A stretch of 64,000 bases of DNA from an uncultured Candidatus Saccharibacteria bacterium (GTDB taxonomy: Bacteria > Patescibacteriota > Dojkabacteria > SC72 > JAFGCJ01): contig CAYZTC010000001.1 in the NCBI GenBank assembly GCA_964481345.1, positions 7,766 through 71,765 of the forward strand, in the 5' to 3' direction. Below are positions 19,184 to 28,675 of this stretch, in pieces (position 1 is the stretch's first letter; the number at the start of each line of letters is the position of its first letter). Position numbers and translations under genes: made by a program. The notes under the pieces are model-generated. The model searched no databases, was not told the DNA's origin, and saw only the letters and a list, made by a program, of their open reading frames with translations.

Positions 19184-20656
19184 TTAGTTAGCTTGCCCAT
19201 CAATTATCAACTGGCAAGATTTATATTCATCACTACTAATTTCAGTACAACTTCCATTAATCACACAATCACATCTCTTTGTCACATACTGCATATATGA
19301 AAAGTAGCCAAACGGCCCATCATATTCACAGAAGTTAAACCTGATTGGTGGCTCTCCCTCCTCAGCAATGACTGTAGCATAATTTACCTCTGGATCACAT
19401 ATCGAAGATCCAAGCTCACTACTTTGCCATACTGCAAACATATAATCAGGCCATACACAAGCAGCCTTTGCAATTTTACCAGAACACTCGACCTTAACCT
19501 GACATGGAGTAGCAACATATTTTCTAACACTCCCACCTCCAGGAATTGTCCTTGCATCTATTTTTATCCTTCCTGCGTTACTTGTATGTTCCTCCATATT
19601 AAGAAGAACTCTAGCATCAGTACTTCCAGTACAAATCCCCATTTTTATACAATATTCAGTCGCTTTTACAAAAATACTCCACACCCCTCCCCATCCTAGA
19701 AACCCATGGTCATCGATACAGGATCTTTCAGTAGTACCTATCACCACTCTTAAATCAGAATAGTCGTCGCAAGATGCAGTATCATCAGGATATAGGTATT
19801 CCACAGTTTCAGCTACGGACATAGGTACTGGCTCATTCCCAGATATTATCCTGGGATACAGCGTTTTAGCAGAATAGGTTGGACTTGCACATCCCTTATC
19901 ACCAATGAGAGTGCTCCCCGGTGCTGATTGCAAGCACTGAGGGCTATACCATGTCTGAGTTTCTCCCTTATGCGTTGTCTTTTCTACAAAATCTAGTGAA
20001 TAATCTATACCAGCCCGAGGTGACCCATCATTCGTCTCAAATACGCTACTACCTGGTGCCTCATATATTGCCCCATAGTTATTACCCGCTACCGTCGGGG
20101 TACCATCCTTTGCATTTACCACAGCCCCTCCTGAATCTTTACCTGCAACATATGGCCATTCTCCGGTATGAATGTCATATCTATTATCTGTGCTTCCGCC
20201 CACAAATTTATTATGCCCATTCCAATACACAGGGTAGGTTATCTCGTGAACACTTAGTATACAATCTTTACTTACCCATAAACTCTCAGTGATGCCTTGT
20301 ACTGATGCAGATAAAGTAAAAGAGGCAGAATCACACACATTATCAATTGCTGGAACTTTCACTCCGTCACAATCTTCCCTCGAAGTGCCAAGTACACTTC
20401 CCGATCCACACTCATAACACGCATTTTCCTCCTCTTCCAATATATTTAGTGTTGATAAACGTGGAACATCCTGATCTTCCAAAATCCTTTTTTCCTCACT
20501 TACGCTTGAATTATCACTTAATGCTCCTGTCTCAATAAAATCCCTCAAAAATGAAAACATTATAACAAATGCAACTCCACCCACAAGAATCAGAAGAGCC
20601 ATCATTTTTTCAGATTTAAAACTCACCTTTAGCTTTGAGAAAATAAGCTTTTTCAT
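19184..20656 (-). CDS. Secreted cysteine-rich protein (cassette gene 1)
   Basis: 490 aa with an N-terminal TM/signal (MMALLILVGGVAFVIMFSF) and more than 25 Cys. No motif recognised. Confidence 0.4.
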   Translation of the reverse strand: MKKLIFSKLKVSFKSEKMMALLILVGGVAFVIMFSFLRDFIETGALSDNSSVSEEKRILEDQDVPRLSTLNILEEEENACYECGSGSVLGTSREDCDGVKVPAIDNVCDSASFTLSASVQGITESLWVSKDCILSVHEITYPVYWNGHNKFVGGSTDNRYDIHTGEWPYVAGKDSGGAVVNAKDGTPTVAGNNYGAIYEAPGSSVFETNDGSPRAGIDYSLDFVEKTTHKGETQTWYSPQCLQSAPGSTLIGDKGCASPTYSAKTLYPRIISGNEPVPMSVAETVEYLYPDDTASCDDYSDLRVVIGTTERSCIDDHGFLGWGGVWSIFVKATEYCIKMGICTGSTDARVLLNMEEHTSNAGRIKIDARTIPGGGSVRKYVATPCQVKVECSGKIAKAACVWPDYMFAVWQSSELGSSICDPEVNYATVIAEEGEPPIRFNFCEYDGPFGYFSYMQYVTKRCDCVINGSCTEISSDEYKSCQLIIDGQAN

Positions 20657-20689
20657 CTCCTTAAAGTTTACACTAGAACAATATGCCTG

Positions 20690-21712
20690 TTAAGTAATCA
20701 GCATACTGTCTCCATAGCTTAAAAACCTACATTTTTCTTTTTTAGCCTCTTCATATGCCCTCATAATAAGGCCCCTTCCAGCAAATGCTGATACTAAAGT
20801 CAAAAGACTAGTCCTAGGTGCATGAAAATTAGTGACTAGTACATCCACAACCTTAAACTTGTATCCAGGATAAATAAATAAACTGGTTTCCCCTTCATAT
20901 CGCTTTATTTTGTCACTGTCAATTGCAACACTTTCAAGTGCTCTTACTACAGTTGTACCAAATGCCCATACTCTACCTTTACATTTATTCACACAATCAA
21001 CAGCTGACTTTCCAATAGATATTTCTTCTGGATGAATTTGAAAGTCTTCTACTTTTTCGGTATTTATTGGAGCAAAAGTCCCCCATCCAACCTCAAGATC
21101 CACATAACAAACCTTCGCACCTCTATCCTTTATCCCCTTTAAACTCTTTTCAATAAGATTAAGGCTTGCAGTTGGAGCGGCGACAGAATTATCATCCTCA
21201 GCAAACACGGTGTTATACCTAATTTTATCTGAATCAACATCCTTTCTTTTGATATACGGAGGAAGCGGGACATGACCATACTTGCTCATTATTTCTTTTG
21301 CATTCCTTGCTTGTATCATGAATCCAGGATCACTCTCTTTCCTTTCAACAATTTCCAATTCATACTCATTCAATAACAGCCTGTCACCTATCTTTACATT
21401 CCTAGCCCTTCCGACAAGACAATGCCATAGGCCCTTTTCAGCATTTTTTAAAAATAATACTTCTACCCTTCTTCCCGTCCTTTTTACAGTTGGAAAGATT
21501 CTTGCCCATAATACTTTTGTTTTATTCAGTACTACCACATCATCTTTTTTAATATAGTCAGGAATATCACTGTAATGCTTATGCTGAATACTCCTAGTTT
21601 TTCTGTTTAACACTAACAACTTTGTATCACCTCTTTTTTCTGGTGGATTTTGTGCAATAATCTCTTTTGGCAACTCATAATCAAACAAACTCGTTTTCAT
21701 AAACTTCAACAA
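20690..21712 (-). CDS. queA: S-adenosylmethionine:tRNA ribosyltransferase-isomerase
   Basis: …TSLFDYELPKEIIAQNPPEKRGDTKLLVL… matches the QueA signature and length (340 aa). Confidence 0.8.
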   Translation of the reverse strand: MLKFMKTSLFDYELPKEIIAQNPPEKRGDTKLLVLNRKTRSIQHKHYSDIPDYIKKDDVVVLNKTKVLWARIFPTVKRTGRRVEVLFLKNAEKGLWHCLVGRARNVKIGDRLLLNEYELEIVERKESDPGFMIQARNAKEIMSKYGHVPLPPYIKRKDVDSDKIRYNTVFAEDDNSVAAPTASLNLIEKSLKGIKDRGAKVCYVDLEVGWGTFAPINTEKVEDFQIHPEEISIGKSAVDCVNKCKGRVWAFGTTVVRALESVAIDSDKIKRYEGETSLFIYPGYKFKVVDVLVTNFHAPRTSLLTLVSAFAGRGLIMRAYEEAKKEKCRFLSYGDSMLIT

Positions 21713-21752
21713 TAATGTAAAATTCCAGCATTAACATAGAAATTATAAAGTA

Positions 21753-22682
21753 ATGAAACCAGTTAATACAGTTTTCATAGGTTCATCTTTTGAGGGAAAA
21801 GAAATTCTCAAATCACTGCATGGTAAAAAAGAATACAACATTACAGGAGTCATAACTCAACCGGATAGACCAGTTGGAAGAAAGAAAGTACTTACCCCTA
21901 CTGACATTAAATCAACTGCACTCAACCTCAGAACAGAAATATTCGAACCAGACGGTAAAGAAGAAAATTACAAAGAGATAATTGAAAAAACTCAGCCAGA
22001 ACTAGTAATATGCATCGGATTTGGAGAATTTATCCCTAAGGTTATTCTTGAATACCCCAGATATAAATGTTTAAATATTCATTATTCCCTTTTACCAAGG
22101 CTCAGAGGAGCATGTCCTGTACAATCTGCCATACTGGAAGGATTTAAAAAAACTGGTGTTTCAATTCAGATAATGGAGGAAAAAATGGATATAGGTCCAA
22201 TCATTGGACAAAAAGAGATAGAAATTGCACCCAAGGAAACAACAGCAACTCTTAAGAAAAAACTAATTCCAGCAGGCCATGACTTACTCTTCGAAATACT
22301 CCCTAAATGGATAAAAGGAGAGATCCAACCAAAAGAACAAAATCATAGCAAAGCCACATACTGTTATAAAAATGATATATCTAAAGAAACTGCTGAAATA
22401 AGCTGGGAAATTGAAGATCCGGAACAGGTTGTAAGAAAAATAAGAGCACTCATTCCTTGGCCAGTAGCATGGACTGCTCTTAATAAAAAAAGGTTGAAGA
22501 TATTTGAGGCTGAACTTGTTGAGGACGATACAAAATCAAAACCTGGAGAGATACTCAATATCAACAATGAACCAGCAATCTCGACAAAAGACCAAAAAAC
22601 AAAACTAAAGCTCCTGTCAGTCCAAATGGAAGGAAAAAATAGAATATCAGGTAAGGACTTCATTGTGGGATACAGAACCTAG
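21753..22682 (+). CDS. fmt: Methionyl-tRNA formyltransferase
   Basis: Formyltransferase N-domain (…LNIHYSLLPRLRGACPVQSAIL…) plus C-terminal domain; 309 aa. Confidence 0.8.
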   Translation: MKPVNTVFIGSSFEGKEILKSLHGKKEYNITGVITQPDRPVGRKKVLTPTDIKSTALNLRTEIFEPDGKEENYKEIIEKTQPELVICIGFGEFIPKVILEYPRYKCLNIHYSLLPRLRGACPVQSAILEGFKKTGVSIQIMEEKMDIGPIIGQKEIEIAPKETTATLKKKLIPAGHDLLFEILPKWIKGEIQPKEQNHSKATYCYKNDISKETAEISWEIEDPEQVVRKIRALIPWPVAWTALNKKRLKIFEAELVEDDTKSKPGEILNINNEPAISTKDQKTKLKLLSVQMEGKNRISGKDFIVGYRT

Positions 22683-22927
22683 TAGTAATCATTAAAAAAA
22701 GATTAAAATTGACACTGAGGTCTAATCTCACGAAAACACTGTTCAAACAGCACAAAGCTCGATTTTCATAAAACTACAAACTGAAAAACTTAAACATTTG
22801 ATGCTACAAAGGGGAAACCTTCAGGTTAAACCTCAATTTGTCCCATCATAACAGCCTTTATTTAAAATTTTTATAACAAACACCACAAAATTCATAGAAA
22901 ATACTGTCAACCTCGGTTTTCAGGAAA

Positions 22928-23421
22928 AGCTGGACTAAGCAGTACATAAGCCGAATTCTGTCTAGATGACCATTTATCTTCCAATTCGCCAGAGGCGAAT
23001 GGACCCACAGCCGAACTCAAATTTTCAAGATGAGTGCGACATAGGGTGCGGCACTAGGCCTTGCTCCAAGCGGGGGTTACCACGCACTCTTCGATTACTC
23101 TCAGAGCCGGTGGTCTCTTACACCACCTTTTCACCCTTCCCGCCTTCGTTCTCGTCTCCGACTCGAACTACGGCGAGGTGAATCCCCACACAATAAATAA
23201 ATATTTTGGGGCTCGCCTCGTCGCAGCCTCAGCGAAGCTGAGAGCGAAGACGGGGGTTTGCTTTCTGTTGCCCTTTTATCCAAAAGATCACTCCCTTCCT
23301 GCTTTCACAGGCACTTACTCCGAATCGTCGGAGCCACAAGGAGTCCGGACTTTCCTCCCTTCGGCAAGCTCAGAGCAAGCCCCTCACTCACCAAACGGCG
23401 GTCATCAGTAATACTTAGTCC
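22928..23421 (-). ncRNA. rnpB: RNase P RNA (bacterial type)
   Basis: The minus strand contains the P4 5' strand GGGAGGAAAGTCCGGACTCC, GGGTGAAAAGGTGGTGTAAGAGACCACC (P10-P12-like), the P4 3' strand ACAGAATTCGGCTTATG, and a P1 pairing GGACTAAGTA/TGCTTAGTCC. GC-rich in an AT-rich genome, so the three listed + strand ORFs inside are spurious. Confidence 0.8.
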
Positions 23422-23470
23422 AGATGGGATTATACCATGAAAAACAGTGATAATTAAGAGTAAAAAAACG

Positions 23471-23875
23471 TTATCTTTTAGAGAATTGTGGTCTCTTTCT
23501 TGCTTTCCTGAAGAAGTATTTCTTTCTCTCTTTCTCTCTAGAATCCCTTGTAAGTAGCTTCTCTTTTCTCAGCTCTTTTGCGGTAGATTCATCCCATCCT
23601 ACAATAGCCCTTGCAAGACCAAGTACTAATGCACCTCTTTGTCCTTTCACTCCACCTCCTTTTGTCAAAGCAGAAAAATGCAGCTTTGTTTTATTTCCTG
23701 TAACAATCAAAGGCCTATAAATTTCATCCCGATCTACCTCTAATTTATATATGTCTTCTACTGGCTTTCCATTTACTGTAGATGAAGCTTTTCCCTTAAA
23801 TACTCTCACTCTTGCAGTGGAAGTCTTTCTTCTTCCTACACCCTCCCAATATTTTTTCTTGCTATTTGTTGCCAC
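23471..23875 (-). CDS. rpsI: 30S ribosomal protein S9
   Basis: C-terminus …LTRDSREKERKKYFFRKARKRPQFSKR. Confidence 0.85.
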   Translation of the reverse strand: MATNSKKKYWEGVGRRKTSTARVRVFKGKASSTVNGKPVEDIYKLEVDRDEIYRPLIVTGNKTKLHFSALTKGGGVKGQRGALVLGLARAIVGWDESTAKELRKEKLLTRDSREKERKKYFFRKARKRPQFSKR

Positions 23876-23881
23876 GAATTT

Positions 23882-24316
23882 TTATTTCTTTAACTTAATC
23901 TCTACTGGCTTTTGAGCCTTATGTAGATGATCGCTTCCCTTATATACCATAAGCCTAACAATCATACTATTTCTAAGCTTGTTTTTAGGTAGCATGTTTT
24001 TTACAGCTGTTTCAATGACCTTTCTAGAATCTCTTTTAAGCAAATCCTTAAGCTTTTCCTGTCTAAAACCCTTAGGATAACCAGTATGTCTATAGTACAT
24101 TTTATCCTCAAGTTTTTTTCCGGTAACTTCTATTTTATCCGAATTAATAACAATCACGTGATCTCCACAATCCATATTTGGTACAAAATCTACTTTTCCT
24201 TTACCTATTAGCAAGGTAGCAATTTCAGTTGATGCCCTACCAAGTATTATTCCATCAACATCGACTAGATACCATTTTCTTTCTATTTCTTCCCTTTTAT
24301 TCCAAGTAGTATCCAT
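23882..24316 (-). CDS. rplM: 50S ribosomal protein L13
   Basis: …RKWYLVDVDGIILGRASTEIATLL…; the start was chosen at the internal ATG (MDTTWNKREE…) to match the normal L13 N-terminus. The track ORF extends to 24412 (GTG) and would overlap rplQ. Confidence 0.75.
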   Translation of the reverse strand: MDTTWNKREEIERKWYLVDVDGIILGRASTEIATLLIGKGKVDFVPNMDCGDHVIVINSDKIEVTGKKLEDKMYYRHTGYPKGFRQEKLKDLLKRDSRKVIETAVKNMLPKNKLRNSMIVRLMVYKGSDHLHKAQKPVEIKLKK

Positions 24317-24332
24317 AAATAAGTCGACTATT

Positions 24333-25004
24333 TTATATTCCTGATCTAGATCTTGCTCGACCCTTTCTTTCAATTTCGGGCCCTTTTGTACCTCTTCCCA
24401 AGAATCTTTCACTAAGCTTTGTGAATAGACTCTTTCTCTTCTCCTCCTCCACTTTCTTTATTTCAGGTTCTTTCCTTTTTTGAGGTTTTATCTTTTTCAC
24501 TGGTTGCTTCTTAACTTCCTTTTTTTCTTCTTTTTTAGGCTGCTCTTCTACAGATTCCTTTGGTTTTTTGACAGCTTTTGCAGGTTTCTTAGACTTCTTT
24601 AGTTTTTTTACTGACTTCACTGCTTTTACATAGTCCACATAACCAAGTAGTCTAACCTCAACCATAAGTGAATTATCACCTTTTCTATACCTGGTTCTCA
24701 CTAAAGTTGTAAACCCAGACACATTTTTTTTATCTTGCTTTTTAAGAAAACCAACAAACCCAACTACCTTTTCTGCAATTCTTACTGAACTAACTCTTTT
24801 TACTAAAGAATTATCTACCTTTGTATTATCAAGACTAAAAGCATAACTAATTTGACCATCTGCATAGCTTTTTAAAACCTTCGCTTTAGATAGTGTAGTC
24901 TCTACTTTACCGTGATCCATCAACGACTCAAATAAGTTCCTCTTCATACTCCTACTATGGGAGACTTTTACATTTAGTTTTTGTTTTCTTACTCCCTTTT
25001 TCAT
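24333..25004 (-). CDS. rplQ: 50S ribosomal protein L17 with long Lys/Glu-rich C-terminal extension
   Basis: L17 core (…SHSRSMKRNLFESLMDHGKVETTLSKAKVLK…) followed by a ~100-aa K/E-rich tail. Confidence 0.8.
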   Translation of the reverse strand: MKKGVRKQKLNVKVSHSRSMKRNLFESLMDHGKVETTLSKAKVLKSYADGQISYAFSLDNTKVDNSLVKRVSSVRIAEKVVGFVGFLKKQDKKNVSGFTTLVRTRYRKGDNSLMVEVRLLGYVDYVKAVKSVKKLKKSKKPAKAVKKPKESVEEQPKKEEKKEVKKQPVKKIKPQKRKEPEIKKVEEEKRKSLFTKLSERFLGRGTKGPEIERKGRARSRSGI

Positions 25005-25012
25005 TTGAAGAA

Positions 25013-25954
25013 TTATTTTTTCAACTCCAACTTATTTTTGCCCAGCATATCTAGGACTTCATCCAAGGCCTTTTGACCAAAACCCCTCATACTCATAAGT
25101 TCAGCTTCTGTCTTTTCTAGTAAATCCACTACCTTCTTTACTCCAGCATTTACAAGAGCAGATTTAGTCCTAGTAGAAAGCACTGTATCCTCAACCAGCA
25201 TAGAAGAAAAATCATCAACCTTTTTGCTGTCTTTCTTCTGAGCCTTATCTTCTTTATCCCTTTCAACTAAACCACCACCCGCAATAACCATAACTCTTTC
25301 TGAAAGATCCATAAGGATATTGGATGATTTAATAATTGCATCTTTTGGATCGATTGAGCCATCGGAAAACACGGAAATTGTAATCATATCGAGGTCCATC
25401 TTCCCACCTTTTCTTGTCTCCTCAACATTGTACATAACTCTTTCAATTGGACTAAACTTCGTATCAAGTGGAAGTCTACCTACCTCAGCCCTCACACCCT
25501 CATCTCCAAACTCATACCCGACACCTTTTTCAACAGTCATTTCCATATCAAGCTTTGAACCCTTTCCCGTAACAGTTGCAATCTTTTGTTTTGGATCACT
25601 TATGGAAACAGACTCTGTAAGATCAAGATCACCAGCCTTAACGTCTGATGGCCCTTTTACAGATAGTTTTACAACTTGAGGTTCATCACTTTCACACTTA
25701 AACTTAACCTCTTTTATATTTAAAAGCATCTCAACTACAGTTTCTTTTACTCCTTCAATCGTACTGTACTCATGGTCAACTCCAGAAATTTTTATACTTG
25801 TAACCCCAGCTCCCTCCATCGAGGAAAGAAGTACCCTTCTTAAGGCATTTGCTAAGGTGTTACCATATCCTTTTGGAAGTGGACCAATCTTAAATACACC
25901 TTTCTTCCCATCGTTTTCTACGACCTCAACATTTAAATCTGAAAAATCAATCAT
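25013..25954 (-). CDS. rpoA: DNA-directed RNA polymerase subunit alpha
   Basis: …GPLPKGYGNTLANALRRVLLSSMEGAGVTSIKI… N-terminal domain and C-terminal domain; 313 aa. Confidence 0.85.
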   Translation of the reverse strand: MIDFSDLNVEVVENDGKKGVFKIGPLPKGYGNTLANALRRVLLSSMEGAGVTSIKISGVDHEYSTIEGVKETVVEMLLNIKEVKFKCESDEPQVVKLSVKGPSDVKAGDLDLTESVSISDPKQKIATVTGKGSKLDMEMTVEKGVGYEFGDEGVRAEVGRLPLDTKFSPIERVMYNVEETRKGGKMDLDMITISVFSDGSIDPKDAIIKSSNILMDLSERVMVIAGGGLVERDKEDKAQKKDSKKVDDFSSMLVEDTVLSTRTKSALVNAGVKKVVDLLEKTEAELMSMRGFGQKALDEVLDMLGKNKLELKK

Positions 25955-25974
25955 GATTCTGTCATAAAAAATTA

Positions 25975-26574
25975 TTACTTAGAGTAGAACTCTATAATTA
26001 GATTTTCTCTAATTTCTTCATCAATCATATTCCTATCAGGGGTACTTAGAACCTCTCCCCCCTTTGCTGACTTTTTCAGCCAGTTTGGCGTTTTAATGTA
26101 AGAAGGTGAAGATGCCTTCTTACTTGGATCCTTCAACTCAATTTTTTCACCTACTGAAACTCGATATGAGGGAATATCAACCTTTTTACCATCAACTACC
26201 ACTTTCCCATGATTTACCATCTGTCTTGCATGAGGTCTAGAAGACGCAGTTCCCAAAAGGTATACAACATTATCAAGTCTCATTTCTAGAAGCTGAAGTA
26301 ATCTTAATCCCTTATCCCCTCTAAAGGAAGTTGCCTCCTTATACAACTTTTTCATTTGAGCCTCATTTAAACCATACACCCTTTTAACCTTCTGTTTTTC
26401 CCTTAGCTGTTGTCCATAGTTTGAAAGCCTTGTATGAAAAAATGAGGTTTTACCAGGAAGACTTTGCTTTCTGGTTAAAGCACATTTCTCTGTAAAGCAT
26501 CTCTCTCCCTTCAGATAGAGTTTCGTCTGCTCTCTTCTACATAATTTGCATTTACTATCTGTAATTCTTGACAT
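25975..26574 (-). CDS. rpsD: 30S ribosomal protein S4
   Basis: Zn-knuckle N-terminus (CKLCRREQTKLYLKGERC) and S4 domain. Confidence 0.85.
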   Translation of the reverse strand: MSRITDSKCKLCRREQTKLYLKGERCFTEKCALTRKQSLPGKTSFFHTRLSNYGQQLREKQKVKRVYGLNEAQMKKLYKEATSFRGDKGLRLLQLLEMRLDNVVYLLGTASSRPHARQMVNHGKVVVDGKKVDIPSYRVSVGEKIELKDPSKKASSPSYIKTPNWLKKSAKGGEVLSTPDRNMIDEEIRENLIIEFYSK

Positions 26575-26590
26575 AAATTATTAATAAAAT

Positions 26591-27079
26591 CTAATTTCTA
26601 GGTCTCTTCCTTGGCCTACAACCATTAAAGGGAAGTGTCGTAACATCTGCAAGTGAAGAAATTCTTAATCCCGCAGAATCCAACCCTTTTACTGCCGCAT
26701 TCCTTCCAGAACCAGGGCCTTTGATAAATACTTTTGCTTCTATTATTCCATACTTTTGTGCCTTTCCTGCAGCATCCTGAGCAGCTTTTGTTGCTGCAAA
26801 AGCTGTACTTTTTTTCGTACCTCTAAATCCAACAACTCCCGCGCTACTTGAAGATAAAACATTTCCATCAGGATCAGTGATTGTTATCATTGTGTTATTG
26901 AAACTTGCATTGATATATACGTTACACTGTGGGACTTTTTTTCTGGCTTTAGACTTTTTTACAGGCTTTTTCGTGGATGTTTTCGTAGGCTTTTTTTCAG
27001 ATTTTTTAACAGACTTTTTTGCAGACTTTTTTACCTTTTCTTCCTTCTTTGGTTTTGTCTTTTCTGTAGTCTTAGCCAT
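26591..27079 (-). CDS. rpsK: 30S ribosomal protein S11 (K-rich N-terminal extension)
   Basis: …NVYINASFNNTMITITDPDGN… …CRPRKRPRN. Confidence 0.85.
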   Translation of the reverse strand: MAKTTEKTKPKKEEKVKKSAKKSVKKSEKKPTKTSTKKPVKKSKARKKVPQCNVYINASFNNTMITITDPDGNVLSSSSAGVVGFRGTKKSTAFAATKAAQDAAGKAQKYGIIEAKVFIKGPGSGRNAAVKGLDSAGLRISSLADVTTLPFNGCRPRKRPRN

Positions 27080-27095
27080 CTGTTAAAGATAAATA

Positions 27096-27476
27096 TTACG
27101 TCTTTTCAAGTATTCTCTTAAGCCCACCGACAGGAAGATTTTTTCCTTTTCTAGTACGAGCATTATGTCTTGTCCTTTGACCTCTTACTGGTAATCCAAG
27201 TTTGTGCCTAAGCCCTCTATAACATCTGATATCCTGAAGTCTTTTAATATTCCTAAACTTTATCTGCCTTAACTCACCCTCAAGCTTCATCTTCTCCAAA
27301 ATTTCTCTTAATCTTGAAGACTCTGCAGATGTGATGTCCTTCAACCTTTTTTCAGAGTTAATATTTGCCTGTTTCAATATCTCTAATGATTTCGAATCAC
27401 CAATACCATAAATATAGGTTAATGAAACCTTTATCTTTTTCTCATCCGGTATTTCAACTCCTACAAACCTTGCCAC
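27096..27476 (-). CDS. rpsM: 30S ribosomal protein S13
   Basis: MARFVGVEIPDEKKIKVSLTYIYGIG…. Confidence 0.85.
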   Translation of the reverse strand: MARFVGVEIPDEKKIKVSLTYIYGIGDSKSLEILKQANINSEKRLKDITSAESSRLREILEKMKLEGELRQIKFRNIKRLQDIRCYRGLRHKLGLPVRGQRTRHNARTRKGKNLPVGGLKRILEKT

Positions 27477-27498
27477 TATAAACTAAACAATACATAAC

Positions 27499-27618
27499 TT
27501 ATTTACCCTGCCTTTGTTTATGCTTAGGATTTTTTTTACAATACACATATACACGCCCCTTCCTTCTGACTACGTAACAATGCTCACATCTTTTTTTCAC
27601 AGATGCTTTTACTTTCAT
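27499..27618 (-). CDS. rpmJ: 50S ribosomal protein L36 (zinc-binding form)
   Basis: Not in the ORF track because it is below the size cutoff. Minus-strand translation is [39 protein letters not shown] (39 aa, C-x2-C…C…H), sitting between rpsM and infA as expected. Confidence 0.85.
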   Translation of the reverse strand: MKVKASVKKRCEHCYVVRRKGRVYVYCKKNPKHKQRQGK

Positions 27619-27626
27619 TTCGACAG

Positions 27627-27872
27627 TTACTTATATCTATAAATAATACGACCTTTTGCAAGATCATAAGGGCTAATTTCCACTCGTACCTTATCCCCTT
27701 TCATAATCCTTATATAGTTCTTCCTCATCTTCCCGGAAAGGTGCCCCACTACATTATGGGATTTGCCCCCAATATCAAGACATACCTTGAACTTGGCATT
27801 AGGTAGGCATTCTTCAACCACACCCTCCACCTCAAATTTTTTGTTCTTTTGATCCTGGCTAATCTGATCCAT
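27627..27872 (-). CDS. infA: Translation initiation factor IF-1
   Basis: S1-like OB fold: …[67 protein letters not shown]. Confidence 0.85.
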   Translation of the reverse strand: MDQISQDQKNKKFEVEGVVEECLPNAKFKVCLDIGGKSHNVVGHLSGKMRKNYIRIMKGDKVRVEISPYDLAKGRIIYRYK

Positions 27873-27937
27873 ATATCAAAATATCAAAATACCCTATCAG
27901 CACGGCGCATTATAGCAAAGAGAGATGGATATTGCAA

Positions 27938-28675
27938 TTATAAAGACGTCAGAATTTCCGGTTGTTGAGCCACAACTACAGTATTTTCAAAAAGCGCTGA
28001 TAAACTACCATCTCTAGTCCTACTTGTCCAATAATCTTTCTTCGAAATGTTTATCTCAGGCCCACCCTCATTAATTATTGCCTCTATGGCTAAAGTTTGA
28101 CCTTCATATAACAGTTCTCCAGTATTTTGTTCCCCAAGCCCCGGTATCATAGGTTCTTCATGAAGTCTTTCACCTACCCCATGACCTACCATTTCTCTTA
28201 CTACAGAATATCCTTTTCCCTCTGCAGTAGATTGTATCTCATGCCCAATATCACCAACTCTTTTTCCAGGAATAGCTACAGATGAAGCATTATCTAGGCA
28301 GAGCCTGCAAGTATTAATAAAACTCTGGGTTTTAGTATCGATAGACCCTATTCCAACTGTTCTTGCCATATCCAGATAAACCTTTTTATATATTATCCCC
28401 ATATCAATACTTAAAATTTCTCCTTCTTCCAATGGAATATTATCTGGAATGCCGTGGACAACTATATCATTTGTTCCTACACAAAGGGTATTGGGAAAAT
28501 CTTCATATCCCTTAAATGCTGGTTTTACTCCATCTACCTCACATAAACTTTCTGCAAGTCTATCAAGTTGAAGAGTTGTAACTCCTGGCTCTACATGTGA
28601 TATGATTTCCTTCATTATCCCAGCGATTATCCTACCACCCTCCCTCATTCTTTTAACTCTTTCTTTAACCTTCAT
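27938..28675 (-). CDS. map: Methionine aminopeptidase type I
   Basis: Pita-bread fold metal ligands (…VVHGIPD…, HGVG, ENTVVV). Confidence 0.8.
   Translation of the reverse strand: MKVKERVKRMREGGRIIAGIMKEIISHVEPGVTTLQLDRLAESLCEVDGVKPAFKGYEDFPNTLCVGTNDIVVHGIPDNIPLEEGEILSIDMGIIYKKVYLDMARTVGIGSIDTKTQSFINTCRLCLDNASSVAIPGKRVGDIGHEIQSTAEGKGYSVVREMVGHGVGERLHEEPMIPGLGEQNTGELLYEGQTLAIEAIINEGGPEINISKKDYWTSRTRDGSLSALFENTVVVAQQPEILTSL

Noticed and set aside
13527-20656. Calling the queA-tgt cassette a type IV secretion system
   Set aside because: No VirB4/VirD4-like ATPase (no Walker A/B) is present in the cassette or its flanks. Only topology-level resemblance (VirB6-like membrane protein, VirB1-like hydrolase segment) exists, so it is reported only as a hypothesis.
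22966-23440. Three overlapping + strand ORFs (22966..23181, 23061..23411, 23258..23440)
   Set aside because: They lie entirely inside the GC-rich RNase P RNA gene, which is on the opposite strand. Their compositions are Pro/Ser/Arg-rich and non-protein-like.
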